From Coraliomargarita sp. (lineage in GTDB: Bacteria; Verrucomicrobiota; Verrucomicrobiia; Opitutales; Coraliomargaritaceae), in NCBI GenBank assembly GCA_965216325.1, contig OZ244160.1, positions 2,272,001-2,336,000 of the forward strand: a stretch of DNA of 64,000 nucleotides. Direction: 5' to 3'. This document shows positions 22,101 through 32,618 of this stretch, piece after piece; position 1 is the stretch's first letter; each line of letters opens with the position of its first letter. Under the pieces are notes generated by a model. That model saw only the letters and a list, made by a program, of their open reading frames with translations. It did no database searches and was not told where the DNA came from. The translations under genes were made by a program, and so were the position numbers.

Positions 22101-22209
22101 CAGCCTCGGATTCATCGGATAAGTCCTGCCCATGACTGCTGGTTAGCGGCAGTAACCAGAACACTGCGAGGACATAGACTAAATATTGGGGTAAGCGTGA
22201 TATGGTCAT
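19120..22209 (-). CDS. Large exported TPR protein
   Basis: Signal peptide; many TPR repeats (FVSKYPKS, YIEKFP). Confidence 0.8.
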   Translation of the reverse strand: MTISRLPQYLVYVLAVFWLLPLTSSHGQDLSDESEAALFERIKDGLSGDLVPLRPVIGELLKRTANKPEQQESLTFLMALSYQDEYAKDKSDATLQNAITQYETYIEKFPAGVRRDFVRFNLGGAHEDLKQYEQAITQFDWLFRRSEKATLRKAARDKMCRIYIKSNDAASGIPLFLEVFKSSVLDPDLRAQSATWLIQGYLAKGEAKEVTPYLRYLTGRYEAIYDPKFNIKLLKTGDAMFERKDYDQAILLYTFVKSRDSIIEFYRDLVSKLQNKIRYIAPEADSYAIVDGQLKSAQANLKAVREIRSYDVDMKWRIARVFKETQRNWEALWAFYHLYQDHPDHEQVEDFLFISFKQADLLVDVYMLEMLASEYLDNEKYTKYENEVILGLAAFYSKQQRYEDLLKLCKDYLEDPKSFRVAAQLVNYVGNYYVQFSQFAELNAYVPPLMRRYNGEEPLYETTRYWTGLSEILLADYGKAAATMKGFIDDYSNRSNYYEDVVYRYGICLYGLQKKREAEDQFAAFVSKYPKSSLRGEAELYLGDLKRERRAYAESAGHYRHVETNTQNPAFIAKATFALAEVLEIDSKQDEAIGVLQSYIERHDETGQLADAYFRVGMIYDRLGMYDLRFNFHAEAIQLLGNDAWRYAVDQLISGYVTDYVRYEKTFNASTALLDRLLSEPEFRKQFLTDRAYQYQFMQSDEGVFLERSLANKLVRDREFRAQIIETEIQIDPETGAEIPPKGPVITTEMATEQLSKLYDFYAEKSDKLAPYTPRKLFPELLADAKANDKYALVMRSEMALDSLKEENERGQILYTDEELTSAPPAVINWAAAKREDSNPDEAIKLYTFALKRHPYAPTAYDSVMAMAEITLRQAEASGTKEDWETALSYYKLVTTRFALKIKNADPHLKKGRILSELGRDQEAIEVLGMILRNPAWKGLNHAKAHLELGMAYRRQGQLAEAHGFFERLIVAYGGYAETVSWAYCYDLLTLQEMGETESVQQLLEEYRTRLSILQQTEAYLLIDETFTL

Positions 22210-22332
22210 GCTGTATTTCTTGCGGCAGTCAGGTGTTGAGTCAGGAGTCGCTTCACTGGGTTTGAGTAAATTTAAACCGTTAGGGTTTTGTGTGCCGTGG
22301 AGGTGTTTGGCTGGCAGGGGAGAGGACGGCAA

Positions 22333-23355
22333 CTAGTTCAGGACTTTAAGGAAGAACTGCCCGTCTGTTTCGTCGGCTAGTTCCTGTAGTAGGGGTAAGG
22401 TCTGTTCGCGGCGGGTCTTCTTACTTGCGCTCAAAGGGGTAACGAAGTCGTGTATGACCAAAGAGATGCCGCCTCGTTTCATGCTGCGTAGGACGTTCTT
22501 GGCCTCGCTCTCGTGGATCGAGTCTTCGAAGTCGGCAAACCAGTAGATGGTATCGACACCTTTATCGCGAAGGAACTCCATGGCATTATTTGAACCTCCA
22601 CTAGCGGTGGTTCCTGTCGAAGACTCTGCAAATAAGATGTAGCCATTGTCTTGTTGTTCAAATTCGCCCCAAATCTCGACAAAGGCAGGGTTCGTTTCGA
22701 GCAGCCCCTCGATATACGGTTGAGTGGAGTATCTGCCGACCTTGGTGTGCTTTCGAGTGCCGCGTTCGTATTCTCTGAAAGCGTAAATACTGGTGCTATG
22801 GCTGCTGATCGCACAGCCAGGGACGAGGACAACGATTGCATCCGTGAACTTTTTGTTGATCTCGTTCAAGACCTTGTCGATCTGCTTATGGGTTGAGCGG
22901 GAGATATCCAGAATCACGCCCAGTTTGGTGGCGCTGATTTGTGCGCCAAACAGATCTGCGGTGATTGCCATTTCCCGCATGTGTTGGATACTGCTCGCGC
23001 TTCCACCATTACCGCTGCCAAAACCAGCGCTGCCACGACCGTAGGTGGAATAACTGTCAACAGTGACATCAATATCAAGTGCGGGGAGCTCAATATCCGG
23101 GGAATCTACAGTGATTGGGCTTGGGCGTAGTGGGGCGCTGGCTGCATTCCGTTGCTCTAGATTGACTGTATATTCGGGGATTTCTTGAGCTGGAGGCGGA
23201 GGTGGGGGCGGCTGAAAGGTGACCTCTTCGCGCATGACAGCTTGTGCAATCTTAACCACTCCGAAGGTGAGAAGTCCTAACAAGTGGACACCGATGCTGA
23301 TAATCAGAACCAGAGCGAGGGCACTGCGTGTAGACTTTTTGCTGGTGAGATTCAT
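22333..23355 (-). CDS. Membrane-anchored protein with Pro-rich linker and VWA-like C-terminal domain
   Basis: N-terminal TM with SxxxH, PPPPPPP linker, VILDISRS (MIDAS-like), DTIYWFAD, LADETDGQF. Confidence 0.6.
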   Translation of the reverse strand: MNLTSKKSTRSALALVLIISIGVHLLGLLTFGVVKIAQAVMREEVTFQPPPPPPPAQEIPEYTVNLEQRNAASAPLRPSPITVDSPDIELPALDIDVTVDSYSTYGRGSAGFGSGNGGSASSIQHMREMAITADLFGAQISATKLGVILDISRSTHKQIDKVLNEINKKFTDAIVVLVPGCAISSHSTSIYAFREYERGTRKHTKVGRYSTQPYIEGLLETNPAFVEIWGEFEQQDNGYILFAESSTGTTASGGSNNAMEFLRDKGVDTIYWFADFEDSIHESEAKNVLRSMKRGGISLVIHDFVTPLSASKKTRREQTLPLLQELADETDGQFFLKVLN

Positions 23356-24274
23356 TGATGGGGATTTGCGCAGTCGAACTGCATGTTCTTCGGGACATGT
23401 GACTAGGATTTTTTTAGAAGGGCAGCTTTCTAGCCCACTCGTCTTATGGTTGGGGACTCAATGTACATGGCTCTTTTGGTCGGTGGGGAGTGTTTTAGAG
23501 ATAATCTAACGAGCGCTATGGTAAAGAGTTTTTATGGCTTTAGAGGCTTTTTTTGGCTGATTATCTATTTGTCAGGAAATGGTTTCTTATTAAACGTAGT
23601 GCTGTCTGTTTTAGGTTGCCGACGTCTGTGCTGTAATTGACCTTGAATTTTTTAGGCTACGCTGGAATGGCACTAAGTTAAGCGATTGAACTGAAGGACG
23701 TTGGCGCGTTGCTTGCGACGCCCGCCTCGTCAGAGTCGCCGTCCCCGACTACGGGCGTCAAAAGTAACGCCACTATGATTTAGCGTATACCCACGGTTAT
23801 TATCAGCTTAAGTTGGGGGTGTTCAGGCTACGCTGAAATTGAAAGGGAAGACGTTTAGCCTACGTTTGCAGCTCGTTTATGTGGCTTGCTGTATTTTTTC
23901 TCAGCAAGCTTGGGGAGCCCCTTCGGGCGAATTGACTGAGTAGCTTGCCCGCATGATGAAATAGATATGAAGTGGAGAAACGCTCTATTGGATAGCAAAC
24001 AGCCCCCGCTGTTGAAGCGGAGGCTGGTTAAGACAGATAGTCTGTGGACTTAGGATTGTTGTCTGATCGCTGCGGGCAATGGCTGCATTGAGCTTCTCGT
24101 AGATGTGCCGCGTATTGTGCGCGGGGGGGGGCTCCAGTCGTTATCGGTGGATACATGTAGCAATGCCGGTGCCGTGTTGTTGCTAAAGGCCACTAAGCAG
24201 ATGTGTAGGCATACAGAAATAATAACGCGCTTTGACATGAACATCGCTCTCTCGAGGTTCGTATAGCGAGGTAA

Positions 24275-25098
24275 CTTGGTTGAAGATCGTGATTAAGAAG
24301 TCGCCATAGGCATCCGCGGGCACTGCAAAATCCGACATCTTCGGGTTCTCTTGCGATGCTGGAGGATGCAATAGGTCAGGGGGGGGCGGCATGGTCGAGC
24401 CCGAGCTTAGCTGCTGCGGTGTCGACTTCGCGTTCAACGATAGGGATGAACTGTAGATAGGTCGATCCGATGCTCTTTAGGAACTCATAGATCTTGAGTG
24501 GATGCTTGACGGTCTCCGCGTTCACACAGGTCAGGGTATTGAACTCGACCTTGTATTTTTGTAGGATTTCCAGAGCGCGTAGGACATCCTTGAAAGAGCC
24601 GCGTGCTTTCTTATCGACCCGATAGTGATCGTGTAATGCTTCGGGGCCATCGATGGAGAGCCCGACTAGAAATTTGTTTTCGGCCAGAAACTCACCCCAT
24701 TCATCGTTGAGTAGTGTGCCGTTTGTTTGAAAGGCGGTTTCGATGCGCTTGCCGTTGGCGTGCTTCTTTTGGAACTTGACGACTTTGCGGAAGAAATTGA
24801 CCCCGAGCAGGGTGGGTTCCCCTCCTTGGAATGCGAAGCTGACCTCATTGCCGGGTTGAGCCGCAATGTAATCTCGAATGAAGGCTTCCAGTCGCTCGTC
24901 GGACATCTTCCACTTTTCATTTTCGGGATAGAGCTGTTCCTTTTCGAGGTAGAAGCAGTATTTGCAGTCTAGATTGCAGATGGGGCCAATGGCTTTGGCG
25001 ATGACGTGAAAGGGCGCATTTGCTGGGCCAGTGATTCCGGACTGCTGTTTCGACCTGGTAGGTTGCGCGGGGAGATTGTCTGGCTCTTGGTTGCTCAT
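24275..25098 (-). pseudogene. Anaerobic sulfatase maturase (radical SAM), frameshifted and truncated
   Basis: CNLDCKYC, QGGEP, GLSIDGP; frame change at G8 run 24379-24386; YGDFLITIF then similarity lost; no SPASM domain. Confidence 0.8.
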
Positions 25099-25352
25099 TG
25101 GATACGCGGACTTTAGAGTGAATTCGGGGCTGAGCGCTTGTTCTATCTGGATGAAGTTCTACCGAGAGTCTGCTTGTAGCCCGAGCTTTGTGGCCAGATG
25201 CATGCTAGTCAGTCCCGAGTGCTTGCTTGGTGCCGTGCCGTGCTGGCGGACAGCCCGCGAGTGTCGAGGAGACTGGAGTCGGGCGCTTGTGCATTTTACA
25301 TGAGGCGTAATTGTCTGTTGACTCTAGCGGCTGGAATTTTGTCCTGTCCGAC

Positions 25353-26708
25353 ATGCAATTTATCAGCACACGCGGTCAGGTGCCGCCCGTTTCGTTTTCG
25401 ACAGCCGTTGAGCAAGGCCTCGCTCCCGATGGTGGCCTCTACTTGCCTGAGCAGTTGCCAGACCTTACGCCGTATTTGAAGGACTGGGCCGGCCTGAGCT
25501 ATGCGGAACTCTGCGAGGCATTCTTTGCGATCTTCGCCACCGACATTCCGCGTGAGGAGCTCAGCGGTATTGTGCAACGCTCTTACACCAAGTTCGACGA
25601 TCCGGAGATTGCTCCGATCCAGAAGCTGGCTGACCAAACCTACGTTCTCGAGTTGTTCCACGGGCCGACTCTCGCGTTCAAGGACTTTGCCTTGCAACTC
25701 TTGGGCAACCTCTATGAGGCACAGATTGCGCGCACCGGTCGCCCGATCTCTGTGCTGGGTGCAACCTCGGGCGATACCGGCGCGGCTGCGATTCACGGTC
25801 TGCTCGGTAAGAAGGGCGTGACCTCCTTTATCCTGTATCCAGATGGCCGTGTGTCTCCCTTGCAAGAGCGCCAGATGACTTGCACCGAAGCGGACAACGT
25901 GTTCCCGCTGGCGATTCAGGGCAGCTTTGACGACGCGCAGGCAGCGATGAAGACGGTTTTTGAAGACCGCGAGTTCGCGGCCGAGGTGGGTCTCTCTGCG
26001 GTCAACTCGATCAATCTCGCGCGGATTCTTGCGCAGTGTGTTTACTATTTGTCCGCCTTCTTCCGTTTGCCGGAAGACATTCGCGAGCAAACAACCTTCG
26101 TCGTGCCAACCGGTAACTTTGGTAACGTGTTGGCCGGCTGGTTGGTGCAGCGCATGGGCGTGCCGATGAAGGGCTTCCGTGTGGCAACCAACCAGAATGA
26201 CATTTTGCACCGCTTGTTCTCGACGGGCACTTACGAGCTCGACGCCGTTGCGCCGAGCCTGGCGCCGTCGATGGACATCCAAGTGGCGTCCAACTTCGAG
26301 CGTTTCCTCTACTACGCAGTAGATGGTGATGCTGCCAAGGTGCGCGAAATCATCAGCACCTTTAAGTCGACCGGTAAATACGTCTTCGAGAATTTTGACA
26401 GCGCTGGCTTCAGCAGCTCCCGCACCGACGACGTGGAGATCGCTGAGATCATCAAGCGTGTGTATGCGCAGTTCGACTACGTTGCTGATCCGCACACTGC
26501 TTGTGGCTTTGCACCATCCAGCGATGAAGGTCCGGAGATCATTCTGTCGACCGCGCACCCGGCGAAGTTCCCGGATACGATCCAGAGCGCGATTGGAGTG
26601 GATTCAACTCACCCAAGCTTGGAAGCGTTGAAGACACGCGAGATCGTGAAGCACCATGTTGAGCCAACGCCAGCGGCGATTAAGGCTTTCATGCGCGAGC
26701 ACGTGTAG
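25353..26708 (+). CDS. thrC: Threonine synthase
   Basis: LELFHGPTLAFKD, ATSGDTG, VPTGNFGN, TAHPAKF. Confidence 0.95.
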   Translation: MQFISTRGQVPPVSFSTAVEQGLAPDGGLYLPEQLPDLTPYLKDWAGLSYAELCEAFFAIFATDIPREELSGIVQRSYTKFDDPEIAPIQKLADQTYVLELFHGPTLAFKDFALQLLGNLYEAQIARTGRPISVLGATSGDTGAAAIHGLLGKKGVTSFILYPDGRVSPLQERQMTCTEADNVFPLAIQGSFDDAQAAMKTVFEDREFAAEVGLSAVNSINLARILAQCVYYLSAFFRLPEDIREQTTFVVPTGNFGNVLAGWLVQRMGVPMKGFRVATNQNDILHRLFSTGTYELDAVAPSLAPSMDIQVASNFERFLYYAVDGDAAKVREIISTFKSTGKYVFENFDSAGFSSSRTDDVEIAEIIKRVYAQFDYVADPHTACGFAPSSDEGPEIILSTAHPAKFPDTIQSAIGVDSTHPSLEALKTREIVKHHVEPTPAAIKAFMREHV

Positions 26709-26843
26709 TGGGTGCTCCGCTTGCGGATGCACGTTGCTGTGGGGAAGAGCGGCTGTGAAGTGACGCACAAGTGCGCACGCTACGTCTGTCTCTGCCTCCT
26801 CTGACACTTGGTGATGCGGACGGCTGAGGGCAGCCGTCCCTAC
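26705..26843. repeat. REP doublet 26705-26783 plus single REP 26818-26843
   Basis: GTAGTGGGTGCTCCGCTT...GTGACGCACAAGTGCGCACGCTAC, also at 59716-59807; GGACGGCTG..CAGCCGTCCCTAC. Confidence 0.7.
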
Positions 26844-27103
26844 CGAAGTCCAAGCGCCTGCTTCACCGCAGGTGCTTTGTTGACGGCTGCTTGAAACTCC
26901 TGCACGTCGAAGTCGGCTACGATGAAGTCGCCGTAGGCGAAGGTGGGAGCCTTGGTTTGGCCACTGAGTTGCTTCATCTGGTCCATGAAGGGCTTGTTGG
27001 AGCGCACTTCACGCAGCTCAACGTGCACGCCTTGAGCCTGAAAATAGTTGACGGCTTCGTTGCACCAGGGGCAACCGGACTTGATGTAAAGGATGGGTGT
27101 CAT
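26840..27103 (-). CDS. Glutaredoxin family protein
   Basis: CPWC motif, SGQTKAP. Confidence 0.85.
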   Translation of the reverse strand: MTPILYIKSGCPWCNEAVNYFQAQGVHVELREVRSNKPFMDQMKQLSGQTKAPTFAYGDFIVADFDVQEFQAAVNKAPAVKQALGLR

Positions 27104-27107
27104 GTTA

Positions 27108-27187
27108 TACTAATCTTAATCGTAATCCTAATCTTACTCCTAATCTATCGTTGGGCTTGTGATTAATAGTAGGATTAAGATTAGGAG
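27108..27187. repeat. Inverted hexamer (TAATCY) tandem repeats
   Basis: TAATCT TAATCG TAATCC ... GATTAA GATTAG; same family at 32537-32613. Confidence 0.7.
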
Positions 27188-27193
27188 TTTCTT

Positions 27194-28234
27194 TTAAAGT
27201 GTCCGGCGGCGTAGTTGCAACCAGAGGTTCCACGCGTGGGCTTTGAGGATGGTGCGAGCCTTGTCGATCTCGGCTTTGCGTAGCGCCAGGTTTTCGTTGG
27301 CTATGGTGGAGAGGTCGTCGAGGTTGTAGAGGTAGACGTTATCGATGTCGTCGACTGCTGGGTCGATGTCACGCGGCATAGCGAGGTCGATCAGGAACAG
27401 TGGCTGTGCACGGCGTTGTTTCAAGGCTCCGCGAATGGTATCGGGTGTGAGGATCGCGCCGGGCGCTGCGGTCGAGCTGATGATGATGTCGAAGCGATGC
27501 AGCTGGTTGACGAAGTCCTCGAAGTCGATGGCTGCGCCGCCGAATTGGTGTGCGAGTTTGTGCGCGTTTTCGAAGGTCCGGCTACTAACGCTGATGTCCG
27601 CAACGCCGCGGCTCTTGAGTGCCTGGGCAGTGAGCTCCCCGACTTCGCCGGAGCCGAGCAGGAGCACACGGCTGTTCTTGAGCTGTCCAAATATGCGGTT
27701 GGCTAGGTCGACCGCTACGTTGCCGATACTGACTTGTCCTTTGGTGATACCAGTCTGTGTCCGTGCCGACTTGGCGGCTTGGAAGCTTTTTTCGAAGAGA
27801 CGGTTGAGGACGGGGCCGGTGCAGTTGCCAGCTTTGGCGTCTGCGTAGGCAGATTTCATTTGGCCGAGGATTTCGGTTTCGCCCACCATTTGGGAATCGA
27901 GCCCTGTTGAGACTTCGAAGGCGTGTTGGAGCACGTCGAGATTGGTATGACGGAAGGCGTGTTGGTCGAAGAGAGAGGCGTCGACCGAGTGTTTGTGGCA
28001 GAACAGGTCGCGTACACGATCGGCGATTTTTGGATTCTGAGCTAAGCCGTAGATCTCTAGGCGGTTGCAGGTGCCGAGCACGAGGCTCTCGCGCAGTTCC
28101 GGCATCTCTTTGAGCGCGTCTTGCAGTTCTTGCGCCTCCTCTGAGGTGAGGGCGAAGCGTTCGCGCACTTCAAGCGGTGTTTTGTGGTGAGAGCAGCCCA
28201 ACACAAACAATGACTGTAGGGCGTCTTCGCTCAT
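27194..28234 (-). CDS. hemA: Glutamyl-tRNA reductase
   Basis: [31 protein letters not shown]. Confidence 0.93.
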   Translation of the reverse strand: MSEDALQSLFVLGCSHHKTPLEVRERFALTSEEAQELQDALKEMPELRESLVLGTCNRLEIYGLAQNPKIADRVRDLFCHKHSVDASLFDQHAFRHTNLDVLQHAFEVSTGLDSQMVGETEILGQMKSAYADAKAGNCTGPVLNRLFEKSFQAAKSARTQTGITKGQVSIGNVAVDLANRIFGQLKNSRVLLLGSGEVGELTAQALKSRGVADISVSSRTFENAHKLAHQFGGAAIDFEDFVNQLHRFDIIISSTAAPGAILTPDTIRGALKQRRAQPLFLIDLAMPRDIDPAVDDIDNVYLYNLDDLSTIANENLALRKAEIDKARTILKAHAWNLWLQLRRRTL

Positions 28235-29103
28235 TCCTGTTCACTGGTGGTCTGCTGCCACTCGATGGTATTCGACGCTTCTTTGACGGCGCGCGCAGAT
28301 TCAATTGGCCAGAGGGAGAGTAGGGCGAAAATGAAGAGGACGATGGACGCGATTGCGTGGCGTCGGGTGACCAGCTTGTTCTGAATGCGCAGCACCACGA
28401 CCGTGAGGTAGCCGAGCCAGACGAGGCAGGTGACGCTGAGCTTGAAGACTGGCACACGGTCTGAGTTCTCCAACCAGAAGACTGCGCCGAACAGGAGTGC
28501 CGCGCTGAGGCAGCCCACGCCAGTGATGAGTAGGCGGTAGCCGATGGTATCGAGTTGTTGGACGGAGGGGAGGTATTGGTAGATGCCTTTGAATTGCTTC
28601 TTCTTTAGACCGTGCTGCTGAATGAGGAACATCACGGACACCAGTGCGACGATGGCAAAGACGCCGTAGCTGAAAATTGCGAGTGCCGCATGGAGTTCGA
28701 TCCATGGGTTGCCGCCGAAGATGCCGGGCGGATAATCGCGGTCCCATGCCGGGATGAGCAGTGAAATGCCGGATAGGGCAGCGGCCAGACCTGCAGTGAA
28801 GAAGCCGAGCAGGCGCAGGCGGAACACCGGCCCAATGATAAAGTAGAGCAGCACGAAGGACCAACAGATGAACTGAGCGATCTCAAAACTATTGCCGAGT
28901 GGGCAGCCTTTGACTTCCATCCCGCGCAGGTTCAGGCCCAGCATTTGGAAGGCAAAGCCGCCGCAGAGTAGGGCAAACATCGCCGTTCGGGGGTAGCTCT
29001 TGCGCATCAACAAGGCCACCAGACCATACACAAAGGCCCCGAGATAAATCAGAGTGCCGATGGCGAGTGCGCTGCGATCGGTGATGGCGATTAGGTCGAA
29101 CAT
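28231..29103 (-). CDS. Cytochrome c assembly protein (CcsA family)
   Basis: Multi-TM protein, LPSVQQLD, adjacent to hemA. Confidence 0.75.
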   Translation of the reverse strand: MFDLIAITDRSALAIGTLIYLGAFVYGLVALLMRKSYPRTAMFALLCGGFAFQMLGLNLRGMEVKGCPLGNSFEIAQFICWSFVLLYFIIGPVFRLRLLGFFTAGLAAALSGISLLIPAWDRDYPPGIFGGNPWIELHAALAIFSYGVFAIVALVSVMFLIQQHGLKKKQFKGIYQYLPSVQQLDTIGYRLLITGVGCLSAALLFGAVFWLENSDRVPVFKLSVTCLVWLGYLTVVVLRIQNKLVTRRHAIASIVLFIFALLSLWPIESARAVKEASNTIEWQQTTSEQE

Positions 29104-29158
29104 GCGTTCTCCATCATTCTGTCCGAATGGAATCTGTCACGCTTTGTTTCAGCTGCGA

Positions 29159-30238
29159 CTAGCGCTTCATCGGTGCGACGTAGGCTGGCTCGGTTTTGCC
29201 GCCGGTCTGGTAAGCACCGTCCTTTTGCCAAGCGGTGACGCAATCCGCGAGATACTGCATGAATTTGGGCTGCGCGTTGAGGCAAGGGATCTGTTCGTAG
29301 CTTTCGCCGCCGGCTTCCATGAAGATCTCTTCGCCTTCGCCAGCGATCTCTTCGAGTGTTTCCAGGCAGTCTGCGGTGAAGGCTGGGCACATGATTTTAA
29401 CCTTCTTGATCCCCTGTGCCGGCAGTGACTCGAGGGTCTTGTCGGTGTAAGGCTGCAGCCAAGGCTCGCGGCCGAGGCGGGATTGGAAGGTGATCATGTA
29501 TTTATCCTTCGGCAGGCCGGCGGCCTCGACGAATTTCTCGACGGTCATCGCGCACTGGTGGCGATAGCAGGTCGAGTGGGCCGGGTGGCAAGTGTTGCAG
29601 CAGTCCGGTGTGGTCATGCAGTGGTCGTGCGAAGGGTCGCCCTTGACCAGGTGACGTTGAGGAATGCCGTGGAAGGAGAAAATCAATTTGTCGAAATCGT
29701 CTGCTTCAAGTGCGCGGCGTGCGGATTCGACCAGCGCCTCAATGTAGCCGGGGTCCTGATAGAAGGGCGGCATGAGTGTGGTTTTGATCTTGGGCGCATG
29801 CTCACGCACGAACTTCATCAGATACACCACGGCGGTCTCATAGCTGGACATCGCATAGTGTGGATACATCGGGATGATGAATAGGTCGTCGACACCTTGA
29901 TCAAGTAAGGCCTTTAGTGCGCCCTCGGTGCTTGGCTTGCCGTAGCGCATGCCGAGTTCGATTGGCAGGTCGACCAGTTCGGCGAGTGCGGCCTGTTGTT
30001 CGCGCGATGTGAGAATCAAAGGGGAGCCGTTTTCGGTCCAGATTTCCTTGTAGGCCTCGGCGGATTCCTTCGGGCGCTTCGGAAGAATCAGGCAGTTGAC
30101 CAGAAACCAGCGGATTGGCTTCGGTGCGTCGAGCACGCGCTCGTCCATCAGGAACTCACGCAGGTAGTTGCGCACGTCGCTGATTTCAGTGGAATCGGGT
30201 GAACCGAGATTGAGAAGGATGACTCCCTTTTTTGGCAT
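29159..30238 (-). CDS. hemH: Ferrochelatase
   Basis: [28 protein letters not shown]. Confidence 0.95.
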   Translation of the reverse strand: MPKKGVILLNLGSPDSTEISDVRNYLREFLMDERVLDAPKPIRWFLVNCLILPKRPKESAEAYKEIWTENGSPLILTSREQQAALAELVDLPIELGMRYGKPSTEGALKALLDQGVDDLFIIPMYPHYAMSSYETAVVYLMKFVREHAPKIKTTLMPPFYQDPGYIEALVESARRALEADDFDKLIFSFHGIPQRHLVKGDPSHDHCMTTPDCCNTCHPAHSTCYRHQCAMTVEKFVEAAGLPKDKYMITFQSRLGREPWLQPYTDKTLESLPAQGIKKVKIMCPAFTADCLETLEEIAGEGEEIFMEAGGESYEQIPCLNAQPKFMQYLADCVTAWQKDGAYQTGGKTEPAYVAPMKR

Positions 30239-30308
30239 AGTTGGTAGAGAAGCGGTGATGTGGTGGTTTTGTCAAACCCTGCCTAGATCGTTCGATCAGG
30301 CGAGAACC

Positions 30309-31433
30309 TTACTTGGTTTCGTTTTGGCGGTAGGCTTTGGGTGATGTGCGTGTTTTGGATTTGAACCAGGCAGAAAAGTGATGTGGCTCCGGGTAGCCGC
30401 AGCGCACACCGACTTCCATGATGGGAAGCTTAGTCGTGATAAGCAATTTCTTGGCCAGTTTGAGTCGTGCGTGCGAAAGTAATTGATAGGGGCTGGTGTT
30501 GAGCTGTTCTTTGACCGCGAGTTCGAGCACTCGGCGCGAGGCGCCGACACTGCGTGCGAGCTGTTCCATTTCCAGTTCCGGATCATCCAAATGCTCGTTG
30601 ATATGGTTGAGGGCTTGTTGGGCCACGCGCGCACGACTGGATGCCAGAGACGATTCGCGCGCAATGAGCTCGGCAGGCGTTTGCACTTGCAAGTCATTGT
30701 GTAGTTCGCCGCTGAGTAATTGTTCGTGCAGTGCTTGGGCCGCGAGGTAGCCGGTTTCGCGAATGGGTTGTTTGAAGCTACTGATACCAATCCCTGCAAA
30801 GATCGATTCGGAAGGATCGTTGTCCACCCCGACGACTAGATAGTCGCGTCCGCAGCGTAAGCCCTGTTGTCTGGCGCAAAGGATGAATTCGCGGGCGGAG
30901 AGGTCGTTTGAGCAGAATACGCCCATCAGCCCTTGGTCGATGGGCAGCGTTTGCACTTGTTTGGCAAATGCAGGCCCGGGGCGTAGCTCATGATAGGAGT
31001 GGCCATTCAGTCCCTTGGTGAAGCCCTCTTCACGTAAGCGTGTGTAGTGCACTCCGTCGGCGCCGAAAAAGGCAAACTGCTGCGCGCCCTGTTCAATGAG
31101 GTGCTTGGCCGCTGCGTGACCTGTTGCCCAGTCGTCCGGGCCGATGTTGGTGATGCTCTCGATCTTGGAAAAGTTGAACATGTTGACCGCCGCAACGCCT
31201 TTTTCCAGTAGGCCGCTGATCCAGCCGTCACTCACGAATGTGCCGATGGCGCCCGTCAGTTGTCCGGACGAGGCGAGCTCCATGAGTCGCACCTCAAATC
31301 CGAAATTCAGGGGCATCAGCTGCCATTCGAGCCGCGATTCGGCCACATAATCCGAGACCCCCGTGAAAATCGCCGCTGCGTGACGGAAATTCAGATCAAA
31401 GGCAATCGCGATGAGTGGCTCCTGAGTGGGCAT
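30309..31433 (-). CDS. XylR-like regulator (periplasmic-binding fold plus AraC HTH)
   Basis: VVGVDND, ARES, C-terminal AraC signature. Confidence 0.85.
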   Translation of the reverse strand: MPTQEPLIAIAFDLNFRHAAAIFTGVSDYVAESRLEWQLMPLNFGFEVRLMELASSGQLTGAIGTFVSDGWISGLLEKGVAAVNMFNFSKIESITNIGPDDWATGHAAAKHLIEQGAQQFAFFGADGVHYTRLREEGFTKGLNGHSYHELRPGPAFAKQVQTLPIDQGLMGVFCSNDLSAREFILCARQQGLRCGRDYLVVGVDNDPSESIFAGIGISSFKQPIRETGYLAAQALHEQLLSGELHNDLQVQTPAELIARESSLASSRARVAQQALNHINEHLDDPELEMEQLARSVGASRRVLELAVKEQLNTSPYQLLSHARLKLAKKLLITTKLPIMEVGVRCGYPEPHHFSAWFKSKTRTSPKAYRQNETK

Positions 31434-31512
31434 TTTATTTCGTAAATATATAACTATTTATACGTAAATGCGAAAATACATTTCCCGCAAGACCTGATAG
31501 AATGGTGCTACT

Positions 31513-32529
31513 ATGAAGAAAGCACTCATTACTGGCATCACTGGACAAGACGGCTCCTACCTGGCAGAACTCCTTCTTGAGAAGGGCTATGAAGTTCACG
31601 GCATCATTCGCCGTTGCTCGACTTTTAATACGCAGCGTATCGATCACCTCTACAATGACCCGCATGTGCACGGCACCAAACTCTTCCTGCACTATGGTGA
31701 TCTCGCGGATGGTGTGATGTTGATGAAGTTGCTCTATCAGCTCCAGCCGGACGAAATCTATCACCTCGGTGCCCAGAGCCACGTGCGTGTTTCGTTCGAT
31801 GTGCCCGAATATACCGGTGACGTTACTGGTCTGGGCACCCTTCGTTTGTTGGAGGCTATCCGTGAAGTTGGGCTCGAGAAGAAGACACGGTTCTACCAGG
31901 CCTCCTCATCCGAAATGTTCGGCATGGTGCAGGAAGTGCCACAAACAGAGAAGACTCCGTTTTACCCGCGCTCGCCCTATGGCTGTGCCAAGGTCTATGC
32001 GTATTGGCTTACGGTGAATTACCGTGAGTCCTACAATATGCACGCCACCAATGGCATTCTCTTCAACCACGAATCACCGCGCCGCGGCGAAACGTTCGTG
32101 ACACGTAAGATCACTCGCGCGGCGACCCGGATTAAGCTCGGCCTTCAGGACAAGCTCTATCTTGGCAATCTCGATGCGCAGCGTGACTGGGGATACGCTA
32201 AGGAATACGTCGAAGCGATGTGGTTGATGCTGCAGCAGGAAGAGGGGGATGACTACGTAATGGCGACCAACGAAACCAATTCGGTTAAAGACTTCGTGAT
32301 CGAAACCTTCAATAACCTCGATCTGGACTGGGAAAAGTATGTCGAATACGACAAGCGCTATGAGCGTCCGACTGAGGTGGACGTGTTGATTGGCGACCCA
32401 GCGAAGGCCAAGAAGCAACTTGGCTGGGAGCCGAAGGTGAAGTTCAAGGAACTCGTTAAGATTATGGTGGATGCGGACCTCGTCCTCGCGAAGCAAGAAT
32501 TGGCTTACAAGCAAGCGACCAATAGCTAG
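31513..32529 (+). CDS. gmd: GDP-mannose 4,6-dehydratase
   Basis: [29 protein letters not shown]. Confidence 0.97.
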   Translation: MKKALITGITGQDGSYLAELLLEKGYEVHGIIRRCSTFNTQRIDHLYNDPHVHGTKLFLHYGDLADGVMLMKLLYQLQPDEIYHLGAQSHVRVSFDVPEYTGDVTGLGTLRLLEAIREVGLEKKTRFYQASSSEMFGMVQEVPQTEKTPFYPRSPYGCAKVYAYWLTVNYRESYNMHATNGILFNHESPRRGETFVTRKITRAATRIKLGLQDKLYLGNLDAQRDWGYAKEYVEAMWLMLQQEEGDDYVMATNETNSVKDFVIETFNNLDLDWEKYVEYDKRYERPTEVDVLIGDPAKAKKQLGWEPKVKFKELVKIMVDADLVLAKQELAYKQATNS

Positions 32530-32618
32530 TTCAAATTCTTAATCGTAATCCTACTCTTAATCTTAATCCCCCTGATTCTAGATTAGGATTATGAGTAAGA
32601 ATAAGAGTAAGATTGTTT

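Noticed and set aside
25296..26558. Long antisense ORFs (also 39107-39991, 41729-42550, 42743-43612, 43670-44494)
   Set aside because: They shadow well-supported housekeeping genes, as expected from codon bias.
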